This document shows, piece by piece, positions 30,222 through 43,155 of a stretch of 64,000 nucleotides of DNA. The notes under the pieces are model-generated. The model did no database searches and was not told the DNA's origin. It was given only the letters and a program-made list of their open reading frames with translations. Source of the DNA: Octopus sinensis (lineage: Eukaryota); the NCBI RefSeq assembly GCF_006345805.1, contig NW_021833429.1:11374-75373 (forward strand). Reading direction: 5' to 3'. Positions within the stretch are counted from its first letter, which is position 1. Each line of letters starts with the position of its first letter. The position numbers were made by a program, and so were the translations under genes.

Positions 30222-32199
30222 ATGACGTATTTATTGGTTTGCATGGCAAATAGGCGCTACCAAACTTTGTTTACACATTTCTTTTTCTATACTGTACCGC
30301 TGTATATTATTTTGATATTGTTTCTATTCAAACTTCAAATCAATAAATCTAAGATATATCTCAGTTAAGGAAATGAGATAGAAGAGAAATTATTGTAGTT
30401 GTTGTTGATGTTGAGACTGATGTCAGCCTTAAATGAGAAGTCCTGCAATACATTATCTAGTGTACACTTGTTTTAATTTTAAGACGACAGGTTGAGATGT
30501 GAGAGTGACTTGGTTGCCATTTCTAGTAAGAAGTGACCACGTAAGAGTTTCTTGTTTCTCGCGTTACAAAGTGAAACGTGAACAAAGACGACTTGCCTCT
30601 CTAGTAGAGCGCAGCACTTGTGTTTTACAAACGAAAAATAAAATGAGCTAAGGGGAAATAACTCAAATAGGCACGTGTCCTTTATCTGAAATATTAAATT
30701 AAGGTGTGATATACTAAATCAAGAGTTTACACAAAATTCCATCGATAAGTTTTAACGAATCTCCATGAAAAGGGGGGATAACTCCAAAAAATTAAAATTT
30801 CATCTCTTATGCTTAGAGGAAGGAAAGTTTGACGTTTTGGATGCGAGGAGCAACCTGTTTCGGCCTGTAGACTTCATCAGTACGGTATTTCCCTAATCAT
30901 TTGACAAAGGTTTATATATATATATGTATGCAGAAAAGAATTCCAAATAGTTTTGGTCAATCTAATTGGAAGCTGTCCTTTTTTAGCAAGTAATTCGATC
31001 TGAGGTTTTATGTATTAAAACTGGAGTAATTGCAGATCTCTTTTAGCCGTCGAAAAATAGTTTAAACGTATAATATCTAATGTGTCAAAATTTTCGTCAC
31101 ACTTCTGCGACCTGTCACTGACAATCCTACTGTGTCTGTGATCGTGAAAAACACATACTTTTCTAAATGTTGCCTTAGACCACTAAATATCTTGTGTAGC
31201 CCACTTGTAGAATATAAGCCCACCTTGTGCAACATAGTTTATCACAGTAACCAGTGGAGCTTTGGTCAGCAATTACCTTGTTACCATCTAGCTCTGAGTC
31301 CAATTACTTTTCATGCTCGCCGCAAACTTAATCCAATCAACGGTGGAAGCCCTGCATGTTTTCTCCATCTGGTAGACTCATCTGTCAAATCCCCAGCAAA
31401 TCGTACCATAACATTTCCTTTAACGAAGACATATTAAATGTATTTTTGGATACACAAAAAGACAGGAATTACTTTAATCATAAGACTTTTCTGGATCAGG
31501 CCAGGTCAAAGGTCAAGCTATACGATTCCTTCTGCGGTGCTCTACTTTGAATCGCCTACAACAACAAAGACGAAATATTCGGTAGTGATGTCACAGCAAC
31601 AATGCATTACGGGAAAGTTCCCTTTTATGATGAGTTGATAGAATTTATAAATTTATTCGAAAACCCCAACATCGTTATTGCTCCCGTAAATTCTAATATA
31701 AAATTTAGGATTTATGGAGGGTTAAGTATAAGAACAAAAAAGTGACTGTGGAAACGTAGAAGGAAACCGAACGAAAACAAACATGCAGGGTCGTTAGATC
31801 AGAACGAGAGGAAAATAGTGAACGCTGGGAGAAACATCACTTTTTGAAAAGAGTAAAGATAGAAGAGAGAGAGAGAGAGAGAGAGAGAAAATACACGTCC
31901 GTTCTTTTGAACGCCCGTGCAGGAAAAGGAAGATGGTCACGTGAGGAAAAGAAAGATGGACGATGGTCATGTGTGAGCAACGAGAGAGAGGTACAAAAGA
32001 GAAAGAGAAAGAGAGGAGAGAGAGACAGATAGAAAACGGTGAAAGGGGGAAGGAGAGAAAATGGGAATTAGAAAAGGATGGAGGAAGAAAACAGTATAGA
32101 GTAAAGAGTCGCATCAAAAAGGTGAAGATAAACTTACTTGAAAATGGATGCGCCGCTTTATACACACACATATATACATAAGGATAAGCATATTAAAAG

Positions 32200-32263
32200 A
32201 GGTCCGTGGGAAAACTTATTTAAATAAAAGGGGTCCTTGGTAGTGAAAAGGTTGGGAACCGCT
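32200..32263. mobile_element. hAT-type MITE terminal fragment
   Basis: Ends AAAAGGTTGGGAACCGCTG, the reverse complement of a CAGCGGTTCCCAACC hAT-like TIR; no partner end found. Confidence 0.45.
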
Positions 32264-32929
32264 GAAATAGATGGTAGCATCTGTGATGAAGTCATGTACT
32301 CTAGCTTTGTCTCACTTTCCCCCTCTCTCTCTCTTTTCTATCTCTTTCCTTCGCATACACACATATATGCACGTACACCTCTATATTCACCTACATATAT
32401 ACACACATACACACGCACAAAAAAAGAAACAGATCATATTTATCGTTTATTTAACCACAAGTCAAACAAGTGGTAGTTTGTACAAGCAAATAAAATGGAA
32501 GATAAATGCCTTTGTGCTTAGCTGGTATAAGAGCAGACACATTTTAGTGTGAACGGGGATTGTTCAGTGATTCTGTCGCTTTGTTTCGCTTCCACACCAC
32601 ACCACACCATCGAAATAACCCACCTCGCCATCCCTGTTCACCTTTTATTTCGTTTGTACCACCACAAAAGACTGATGTCGAAGCAGCGAAGCCACACCTA
32701 TTCTGTGTAACTTGTTGAAAAGAGAGCGAGAGAGAGAAGGAGAGAGAGGCTGGGAGGAAGGCAAAAGAAAAAAGAAAATGTTGGAGAGAGAGAGAGAGAG
32801 AGAGAGTAAAAGGGAAATGATGATAAAGAAAAGAGAAAGGAAAGAAAAAAATCTCATACATATTATATAACCACAGATTGACTGTTGTTCTCGCCTCGCT
32901 TCGCCTCACCTCGTCTTTCTCTCTTTCTC

Positions 32930-32945
32930 TCTCTTTCACACACGC

Positions 32946-32999
<54 letters not shown>

Positions 33000-33310
33000 A
33001 CTCTATCTCTCTCCCTCACCTTATTTCTCTGTTTCTGTCTCTCTGTGTTTCTCTCACCCCATCTTTCTCCCTCAGTTTCTCTCTTTCTCTCTCTCTCTCT
33101 CTCTGTTACTCACTCTCACCATGTTTCTCTGTTTTTCTCAGTCTCTCTGTGTTGTTCTCTCCCTCTGTTTCTCTCCCCCTCTCTTTCTCTCTCTCTCTGT
33201 TACTCTCTCACCCTGTTCCTCAGTCTCTATCTCTCTGTGTTTCACTCACCTCACTCTCTCCCTATGTTTCTCTCCCCCTCTCTTTCTCTCTCTCTCTCTC
33301 GCTCTCCACA
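32930..33310. repeat. Polypyrimidine (CT)n-rich tract with higher-order duplications
   Basis: Repeated CTCTCTGTTACTC and TGTTTCTCTCCCCCTCTCTTTCTCTCTC sub-units. Confidence 0.9.
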
Positions 33311-33478
33311 CACACAAAACTAGATTTATTATTACAGATTGTTGCCAATGTGGATGGAATGTTACAAGCACAAAACGAGCAGATTGAAAGAACACGCGCA
33401 ACGGATAACAGCAAAAACAAAAAAAAACAATAAATAAATAAAAAAAAAAATCCCCCTCCAAAAGAAGGGAAGAAAATT

Positions 33479-33843
33479 AACATGGCCGCCACCACTTTCT
33501 CTCGCTTTCTCTTTTTTTCCCTATTTTGTGACGTCATTAAGGTGTCATTGTTTTTGTCACGTAACGCAGTATCGATTGGAAGGCTTAGGTGGGTCAAAGT
33601 TTACTCGCGATTTCGTAGCCACTTAACACTCTAGCTAAAGGTATAAACAAGAAAATAACAACAAAAAGTTTTTTTTTAAATAAGCAACAAAGCGAATTGC
33701 GTGCATGCGTGTGTGTGTATGTATGTGCGTGTGTGTGTGCATGTGTGTGTGTGCGCGCGTGTGTACGCTTTTAATGTTAAGCAACGGCGAAGCTCGCTTC
33801 TCTTTATACCGCTCTGTCCACTTGTAAACATCGCCGCCATTTT
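33479..33843. promoter_or_regulatory. Promoter-like motif cluster
   Basis: AACATGGCCGCC (33479-33490, YY1-like), TGACGTCA (33529-33536, CRE), GTCACGTAA (33556-33564), ATTGG (33575-33579), ACTCGCGATTT (33603-33613), CGCCGCCATTTT (33832-33843, YY1). Confidence 0.45.
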
Positions 33844-33930
33844 CTTGCAGTCCTGCCTTTCAAATTTGCTTATTTCCTCTATTTGACCGTTGTATACACA
33901 GCAACATCCGAACGAAGATGGATTTTGTTT

Positions 33931-35070
33931 AAGCGGTGAGCTGTCAGAATCGTTAGCACTGCAGGGCAAAAAATGCAGTGTGGCATTTCGTTTGTCTCTG
34001 CGTTTTGAGTTCAAATTGCACGGAAGACGGCTTTACTTTTTTTTTTTTTTTTCATGCTTTCGAGATAAATAAGACAAATAACTGTTCCGCACTGGGGCCG
34101 GTGTAACGAAGTAGCTCCGTTCTTACGAATTACAAACTTTGTGCCTCTAACAGAAAGGATTATCATTTCGGGGTCGATTAATTAAATACCAGTTACGCAC
34201 TGGGGTCGATATAATCGACTTAATCCGTTTGTCTGTACTTGTTTGCCCCTCTATGTTTAGCCCCTTGTGGAAAGTAAAGAAATAGAAATAGGTATTTCGC
34301 CCGTCGCTACGTTCTGAGTTCAAAATTCCACCGAGGTCGACTTTGCCTTTTATCCTTCGGGGTCGGTAGATTTAAGTACAAGTGAAACGGTGGGGTTGAT
34401 GTAATTGACTAGTCCCTCCCCACACATTTGAGGCCTTGTGCCTCCAGTAGAAAAAAATATCATAGCTGTCATTCTGGTGGCGAGTAGGCAGAATCGTTAG
34501 CACGCCGGACGAAATGTTTAACGGCACTTCGTCCGACTCCACGTTCTGAGTTCAAATTCCTTCGAGGTCGCCTTCACTTTTTATTCTTTCGGGGTCGATG
34601 AAATAAGTACCAGTCAAATAGTGGGGTCGATATAATCGACTAGTCCCCTCCCCCGAAATTGCTGGCCTTGTGCCAAAATTTTAAATCATTCTTAAGGCAG
34701 CGAGCTGGCAGAATTCTTAACCCGTCTTTTGACTACGAGTTCAAATTCTGCCATAGTCTATTTTGCCTTTCATCGTTGTGGAGCCGATAAAATAAGTACC
34801 AGTGATACACTGAGGTCAATCAAATTGACTTAGCCCCATCCCTGAAATTGCTGATCTTATGCCCAAAAATTGAAAACAGTATTAAGGCGGTTAGCTGGCA
34901 GAATTGTTTGCGCGTCGAACAAAATGCTTACCGGTATTTCTTGCAGCTCCTTAACCTGGGAGTTGAAATTCCGCCGAGATAACATGCGAGGGCGATAAAA
35001 TCAGTACCAGTAGAATAGAAACTCTTCCCTCAGAATTGGTGTCCTTGTGCTAAAATTGAAAACAGTTGTT
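33931..35070 (+). mobile_element. Head-to-tail cluster of about five SINE family A copies
   Basis: Heads near 33931, 34480, 34693 and 34884 plus a headless core-tail unit near 34150-34440, all on the same strand. Confidence 0.85.
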
Positions 35071-35207
35071 ATTCGTAGAAATAACGAAGAAGAAATTGGA
35101 TGTTGTGTGTTTCGGACAGATTGCTTTCCAATTGAGCTGAAGTTCTTCAGAAGCTAATTCGGCTATTCACTTTTCTGGGATCATTGGATAGTTAATTTCC
35201 ATTATAT

Positions 35208-35300
<93 letters not shown>

Positions 35301-36161
35301 AACACACACACACACACACACACATATAGATATGCATATATATGCATACACACACACACACACTGTTATGCAGATGCGCGTGCGTGCACCGGCAATTCAC
35401 TCTTGATCATTTTCCAAATACAAAAAGAAAAGAAAAATGGAGCAGTCTCCGTCACCAGCTATTGACCAAAACGGGTCCAAGGCTTATATAACAAGACTGA
35501 ATCCCCCACAAAAATACACAACGGTGGGAGTGAATCCCGAACCCGGAAGTACGTGATAGCGAAACGAACGTTCTTAACCACATGACCACTTATAATAATG
35601 CACTTCCTCATTTGTTTGTTTTTTCCTATAGTGCAAGACGCAAAACCCGGCTTCGGCACCATTTTTGTCATTTGTCTCGATCATGCCCCGACACGCACAC
35701 ACACCGTTCTCCTTTTGGCAATGAAATAAATCACCAACCTCCTCATCATCAAAATTATTATTATTATTATTATTACTGTTGTTGTTGTTGTTGTTATTGT
35801 TATCTCTTTGGTGTTGTGTTTTGTTTTATTTATTTATTCATTTATTTATCTAAATATAACTAATGGCAGTCGTGTTTAAAAAAAAAAGGATAAAGTTAGC
35901 AGAGAGTCTGAAGTCTAAATCTTTGTCGGATATTTACGACACATTAGAAATGGCAACCGGAAATTAAACCTCTTCCAAAATGCACCAAAGAGTCAAGTAT
36001 TTTTATGGATTTGTCTCTCCAGATAAAACTGCATTTTCGCAACGAAGCGTAAGCAGCAGAGAAAACACATTTATACACACACACGTTAATAAGCACACAC
36101 ACTCTTTCTTTTCTTTCTTTCCCTGCCATACAAACATATATAAGTGTACGTGTGTGTGTAC

Positions 36162-36200
<39 letters not shown>

Positions 36201-36394
36201 GGCGTCGTCGTACAACAAGCAATCAACTCCTCTAACGATCAAAGCAGAGAGTTAGTGGGGATTTTTCCGTATTTCCGTATATTGTCGCTGAAGATTGAAC
36301 ATTCTAAGCCTAGAGCTCTTTCGTTTTATAGAAAAACGCAAACAGATCCTCAGTGATTTTTCTCTTTCCTCTTTTAATGCTTTCTACTCATTAT

Positions 36395-36529
<135 letters not shown>

Positions 36530-36977
36530 ATATATTATATATACACACATAGGAATACCAAGTCCATGCCAATGTTCTTTTCTCTTATTATTGATGTGCT
36601 TTTTATATTACGCTATGGCCCTTCTCCAATGGGGTCACGTAACAGGAGCGCAGCGTGATTACAAGTAACAAACGAAACATGAACGGTAAATTTATCGCGC
36701 ATTGAGCGCTTACATTTCCACATTATATATGTGTGTGTGTAATGCTTTGAGGGAAATTTAGCTGCTAATTCCAGCAAGCCAACCAACACCGTAGTGGCTC
36801 TTTCGATGACTGCGATCTGTGTTTTGTGCATACGGTGTGTGTTATCTAGCCGCTATTTATAGTGACTACGTAGACGCTCGCTGAATAATTCATGTATGAG
36901 CTGATAATGTCATTCTCAAATCTGTTGGAGATTCCCAGGAACCTTATGAATTTGCGTTGCCACTGCTGGTGATATGC

Positions 36978-37029
<52 letters not shown>

Positions 37030-37048
37030 TAGTAGCAGCAGCAGTAGT

Positions 37049-37379
37049 GTGAAGGTGCATGGCTCAATGGTTAGAGTGTCGGGCTCACAATCACGAGGTA
37101 GTGACTTCCATGACCGGACCGGGTTATGTGTTGCGTCCTTGAGAAAGGCACTTTATTTCACTCAACTGCAGAAATGAGATGACATCACTGGTGCCAAGCT
37201 GTATCGGCCCCTTTTGCCTTTCTCTTGGATATCATCGGAGACGTGAGGAGGGGTGGCTGGTGTGCATGGGCGACTGCTGGTCTTCCACAAACAACCTGGC
37301 CTGGACTTGTGCCTCGGAGAGGAACATTCTAAGTGCAATCCCATGGTCATTCATGACCGACGAGGTGTTTTACCCTTTT

Positions 37380-37380
<1 letters not shown>
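37049..37380 (+). mobile_element. tRNA/CORE SINE family C
   Basis: GTGAAGGTGCATGGCTCAATGGTTAG (A box) ... GCGTCCTTGAGAAAGGCACTTTA (CORE-like) ... ends in (CAG)n. Confidence 0.8.
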
Positions 37381-37417
<37 letters not shown>

Positions 37418-38765
37418 ATAGTACGGGGGCATGCGCTGTAATAGCACATTGCTGCTTCCACCATCTGTTGGAGATACCTTACTACTACTGGCGGGCGACA
37501 TCCTTGCACCAACCTAAGAAATAACCCCCACTCCCACCCCATCCCCAGACCACGGGTCATTTTGCGTAGTCGTTGCCGATGAGGATTTTACGAAGTCGGA
37601 GTGCAAATCCTAGTTCAAACTGTTTTTCGCCTTTCACGATGCGCAGAAGAAAAGTTGCATCTATTCTTTTGCTGCTTGTCATTTTCCACACAGCTCTAGA
37701 GTAGATGAATTGATTGGCTCCAGAACATAACACGCTGCCTGCTCTTGGAATCGAACCTACTATCTAGCGATCGAGGGTGCAACATCGTAACCACTAGGCC
37801 ATGCACATTCACAATGTGATATGCTTCTCACCTAATTAATGTTTGGTTGGCGTTTGCTGAGGCAAAGCTGACAAATTTCAAGCCTGAACCCGGAATGGAT
37901 AACGTGAATGGAGAATTCTTTGGACTATATTCCCTGATTCTTCCCTCACTGCTCCTAAATGTTCTTGAAATTGGCAGAGTTCATCAGGAGTTCAAACTCA
38001 CCAAGACACTTTGGAAAGGAAGGAAGAGAGGAAGACAGACAACGGTACATACGTACGCATGCACACGAGCACAGCAATTATATACACTAGTATCCGCGAC
38101 AATTACAAACGCACAGACGTGTGTGGTTGTGTGTGTGTGTGTGTGTGTTTATATAGGTGTGTGTATGTGTGTGTTTGGCTGTGTGCGTGTATGTGTTTAT
38201 ATATATATGTGTGTGTGTGCATGTATGTATGTGTTTGTGTATATATGTATGTGTGTGGTTGTGTGTTTGTATGTGTATGTATATATATATATGTCTATGT
38301 GTGTGTATATGTGTGTGCATGTGTGTGTGTCTGTACACATAGGCAAACACATACAAATATGCTTCCAGCCAATATTTATCCGCTCACCATTTTATATTGT
38401 AAATTATTCCAAGAGTCCTCACTATCTTTTACACACACCTCCCTCATTCTCTCTCTATCTCTCTATCTATTCATCTATACTCTCTCTCATTCTCTCTGTC
38501 TCTACCTATCTATTTATCTATACTCCCCCCTCTCTCTCTCTCACACACGCATTCTTTCTTGTGCACACACCGTAGTGTCTCGCACTCAATCTCTCTCCTT
38601 TTCGCAAAACACTTTTTCAATACTTTTCCTCTCTCTCTCTCTCTCTCTCATCTCCGTCTACCTCTTTCATTCTTGCATACACGCACACACAGTCTCTCTC
38701 CTTCTCTCAGACACATCCTATCTCCCCACTTCCCTCTCTCTCAATCTCTCTCTCTATCTCTCTAA

Positions 38766-38804
<39 letters not shown>

Positions 38805-39369
38805 GCACGCAGATATCCTCTCTTTTGCATTCGTCATATTCTCTTTCTCACTCTCAATCTCTCTCTTTTTCCCAAAACACTTTTGCAATTCCACCCCTTA
38901 TCCAACACCACCTCCTTCTTTCCCGCTACCTCACTCGTTGCACACATACACATGCTAACATACACATCCATTCACATGCACATACACACATGCATATACA
39001 CGCTCTCCCAAAGTTAATCTCTCTCTCTCCTTTCTCACTTTCTTCCCTTCTTCACCATTTCTCTCTCTCTCTCTCTCACTCTCTCAAGGACACACAAATC
39101 ACCACCACCAGCTCCACCACCACCACGTATCTACCCAGCATGCCTTGCTCTACACACATACTCTTCGTCCATTATAACACCTTTGTAAACACCGATTCCC
39201 CACTCCCACCGTTATCCCTCCCCCACCGATACACTGGCCACCATCACCTCCACTCACCCTCACTTCTAGACCTCACTCACACTCACCGATGATAATCATT
39301 TATATCCGATTCTTTATCGTTCTTTTTTGCGCTTTTTTCTTATTTGTTTTAAATATTTTATATTTCAAT

Positions 39370-39416
<47 letters not shown>

Positions 39417-39723
39417 GTGTGTGTGTGTGTGTATGTATGCATGTATGTATGTATGCATGTAAATGTGTGCGTATATGCACATATATATGTGTACGTATAT
39501 ATATGTGTAAGTATGTGTATATGTGTGTGCATGTATGTTGTGTATATGTATATTATATGTCTGTATGATTATGTGTGTGTGTGTGTGTGCATACAAACAC
39601 GCGCGCGCGCCGTTGTTTACGTCTTCAATCAGTGATGTGCTTACGGCCATGTTTAACAACGGCAAACGAGAAACACGGTCTCGTTCTCTCATTGGTCCGT
39701 CACACGCGTCAAATGACTAGAAC

Positions 39724-39775
<52 letters not shown>

Positions 39776-40561
39776 AGAGGACATTGTGTCTGCGCCATTT
39801 GTTGTTGGTGAGGGGACATCACCATTATAAAGGTCTTGATTAATTACCGTTTCACGACTTCTATCTTATCCGCCATTCCTGTAGAATATTTTTGTTGCTA
39901 GTTTTTTGTTTGTTTTACTTTTTTATTGCCTTCTAAAGCATTTTTCTTTATATTTTTATTTCAATTATTCTTTTTGTATCTTATTTTGTTCTTTATCCAG
40001 TTTTTCCTGCTTCTTGGATTGTCTTCGTCCGCGTGGTCGTTATGGCCGTGGTACTGCTGCGGTGACTTGTGTCATTAGGGGTGGTAGTTATGAGGTTGGT
40101 GATGATAGAGAGGGAGGTGCTAGTGGTGGTGGTGGTGGCATTGGTGATGATGGTCGTAATGATGGTAGTGGAAGGGTTGGAGATAGTGGTATTTGTAGTA
40201 ATGGCGGCAGTGGTAGTAGTGGTTGTGGTGTTAGCGAAAGTGGTATTCGTAGTGCTGATAGAAGTGTTGTTGTTGTTGTTGTTCGTGGTTGTGGTGGTGG
40301 AAGTAGTTTTGGTGGAGGCGATGGTGATGGGTGGTAGTGGAGGCGATGCAGGCGGTGGAGGCGATGGTGGTGGTGGTGGTGGTGGTGGTAGAGGTTGGGT
40401 GGGGTGTGTGGTGGGTGAAACGATGGTGAATACGAAGGACCAGTGCATTGTCACGTGACTGCAACAGCAGTAATCAACCAGCTTTCTTTTCACCACCACC
40501 GACATGAGCCCCAAAATATAGGTGTCCTCTACGTGGCCGCCCGACCTGATGTCTCTCTCTC

Positions 40562-40606
<45 letters not shown>

Positions 40607-40626
40607 TCACACACACACACACACAC

Positions 40627-40663
<37 letters not shown>

Positions 40664-40689
40664 GCAAACACACACATACACACACACAC

Positions 40690-40747
<58 letters not shown>

Positions 40748-41975
40748 GTCTGTGCGTGTACAAACACACTTATATACGCATGTATATATTACACATACAC
40801 ACGCCATCTTTAATCATTTATGTGCTTTCAGCCATGTTTAACAACAGCAAATGAGAAACGCCGAATCCGACATGCCTCCAATCAAACCCATCCTTCTTAA
40901 TAATGCAACGACACATTGTACAATGGAGTCCCTGAAATACAAACAAACAGAAGGATTATGACGATTGAGCAGCTCAATCAGGCTTGACCCGGGGCTAAAC
41001 AATAGCATCGGCAACCTTTTCAATCATCATCGTTATCATTACCATCACCAGCTTCATCGTCAGCATCATTATAATCTCCGGCTTTGCCATCATCTACATC
41101 ATCATCATCATCATCATCATCATCGTCATCATCATCAACATAGTCGTCATTGTCATCCTGACCCTCGTCGTCGCCGTCCCTGACTCCACCACCATCATGA
41201 CCAGCACCATTCTCTCCTCTTCCCCTTCCTCATTATTATCATAATCATCATTATTCTCATCGTTATCTTCATTATTATCAGTATTATTATTATTATTATT
41301 ATTATTATGGTAATTTTCATTATTATTACTAGTATCATCCTAATAACCATCATCATAATCATCATCATCATCATCGCAGTCCTTACTCCCCATCATTATC
41401 ATCATCTCCTCTACTATCCACATCGTCTTCATCCTTTACTATTGCTAACATCTTCATCAGCAACATCCCCACCACCACTACCACCACGAAGATCATGCAA
41501 GCACTATAGAAGGAAGCACAGATTCTCGCCGTTCCAATATGTCGGTTGGTCTCTTAGCGAAAAAAGTATTTATATTGTTATTTCACCCTGAAGAACAACG
41601 CCTTTATTTTATACGTTCACTTACCTCTACAATAAATTGATTATGTAAAGGGATTACTTATAGATACTTCCTACATCTTTCCAACTAATTTTGTTAATTT
41701 TTCTAAATATTGATGTCTATAATGAATGAAATGAAAAATAAGGAAAGTTTCTAACAATGGTTATTGCAGATGGCGGAATCAATAATAAAAACACATTTAC
41801 TTGAGTGTATTCTTTCAAAGACGAGCCTTTGCGGCCGAAAAATAAAGGTTTTTTTTTTAAAATGCCTTCAATTTTAGAAGCTATCTTTATTTCTCATTTC
41901 ATTCGTTATTCTACTTTTGTATTACAATGCTTCAAGGGAACTACAAAGCTCTTCTTAAAATTTTTATATTTCTAT

Positions 41976-42410
41976 TGTCATGAATATTGAGTAATGACCG
42001 AAAGGATAAGATCGCGAATACAAGCGACCGAAATGGGACTCTACCGAAGGACATCTGGTGTAACGTTACTCGATAAAGTGCGCAGCTCAGAAATCAGGAA
42101 GTCTCTCCAAGTCGAGTCGTTACTTTACAGTCCTGAGTAGTCACAGCTCCAGTACAACGGGCATGGGATTAGAAGGTCGTAGGAAAAAAATCACAAGATG
42201 GCTCCTTCAAAGCAAGTCAACTGGCGGGAGACCTAAGAGGTAGACCAAGAACGTAATGGTTGGATAAAAGCCAAAGTCGCACTTGATCAGGCTTAGAAAT
42301 TCAGCCGGCAAGTCTAACGACGGTTGTTTCTAATAAGGCCTTATGGAGGAGATGCTTAAGAAATCTACCCCCAGGAATAGTGGTGGAGAAGATCGAGGGA
42401 TGAATAGTCG
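41976..42410 (+). mobile_element. RTE-clade LINE 3' fragment (Rex3/Expander-like), decayed
   Basis: Translates CHEY*VMTERIRSRIQATEMGLYRRTSGVTLLDKVRSSEIRKSLQVESLL...GH..., then a GRPRGRPR-like stretch in a shifted frame, typical of the RTE ORF C-terminus. Followed by (TATG)n. Confidence 0.9.
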
Positions 42411-42989
42411 GATACCTTTCTATGTATGTATGTATGTATGTATGTATGTATGTATGTATTTTGTTGGTCACTATATCTATAGCTTTAGTTCCGTCGGTAA
42501 ACGGTTGAATATGACTCGTAATTTTCAGAAATGACAGTAGAACCTTACGAAGGACTTATTTGAGCAATCACCTGAGGAGGCGCATTTTAACGTTAGATGG
42601 GTGATAATGATTTCACAACATCTCATAAATGCACAAGTGTAAAAACGTGTTGAAACAACTGTTGTGATTTTAAATAGACTGTCGTCCACTCCATTTCTAC
42701 CTACCTTTATATATATATATTATATATATATATATATATAATATGTATATTATATATGTATATATGTATATGTATATATGTATATATGTATATGTATATA
42801 TGTGTATGTATATATGTGTATATATATATATGTATATATATATGTATATATATATATATATTATATATATATTATATATATATATATAATATATATATTA
42901 TATATAATATATATAATATATATAATATATATAATAGAAATATTAAAATTACTAAGTCTCTCTAAAGGAGATTACGGCAGCGTTACTGG

Positions 42990-43116
42990 ATATTAATAGT
43001 TATCGCCATACTAATATGGCAGTCTAAATATAAGACTAAAGCTGTGGCCTCTGGGAGCTAATCAGCGACAGCTTTAGTCTTATATTTAGACTGCCATATT
43101 AGTATGGCGATAACTA

Positions 43117-43123
<7 letters not shown>
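42990..43123. repeat. Perfect inverted repeat, 56-bp arms, 22-bp spacer
   Basis: 42990-43045 is the exact reverse complement of 43068-43123. Confidence 0.97.

Positions 43124-43154
<31 letters not shown>

Positions 43155-43155
<1 letters not shown>

Noticed and set aside
29290-31722. piggyBac element suggested by TTAA-linked ends near 29300 and 31720
   Set aside because: The ends do not form a matching TIR pair and no transposase motif was found between them.
37847-38040. Protein-like start of the 242-aa ORF (AFAEAKLTNFKPEPGMDN...)
   Set aside because: Starts at a non-ATG codon, has no clear splice sites or recognisable motif, and runs into microsatellite.
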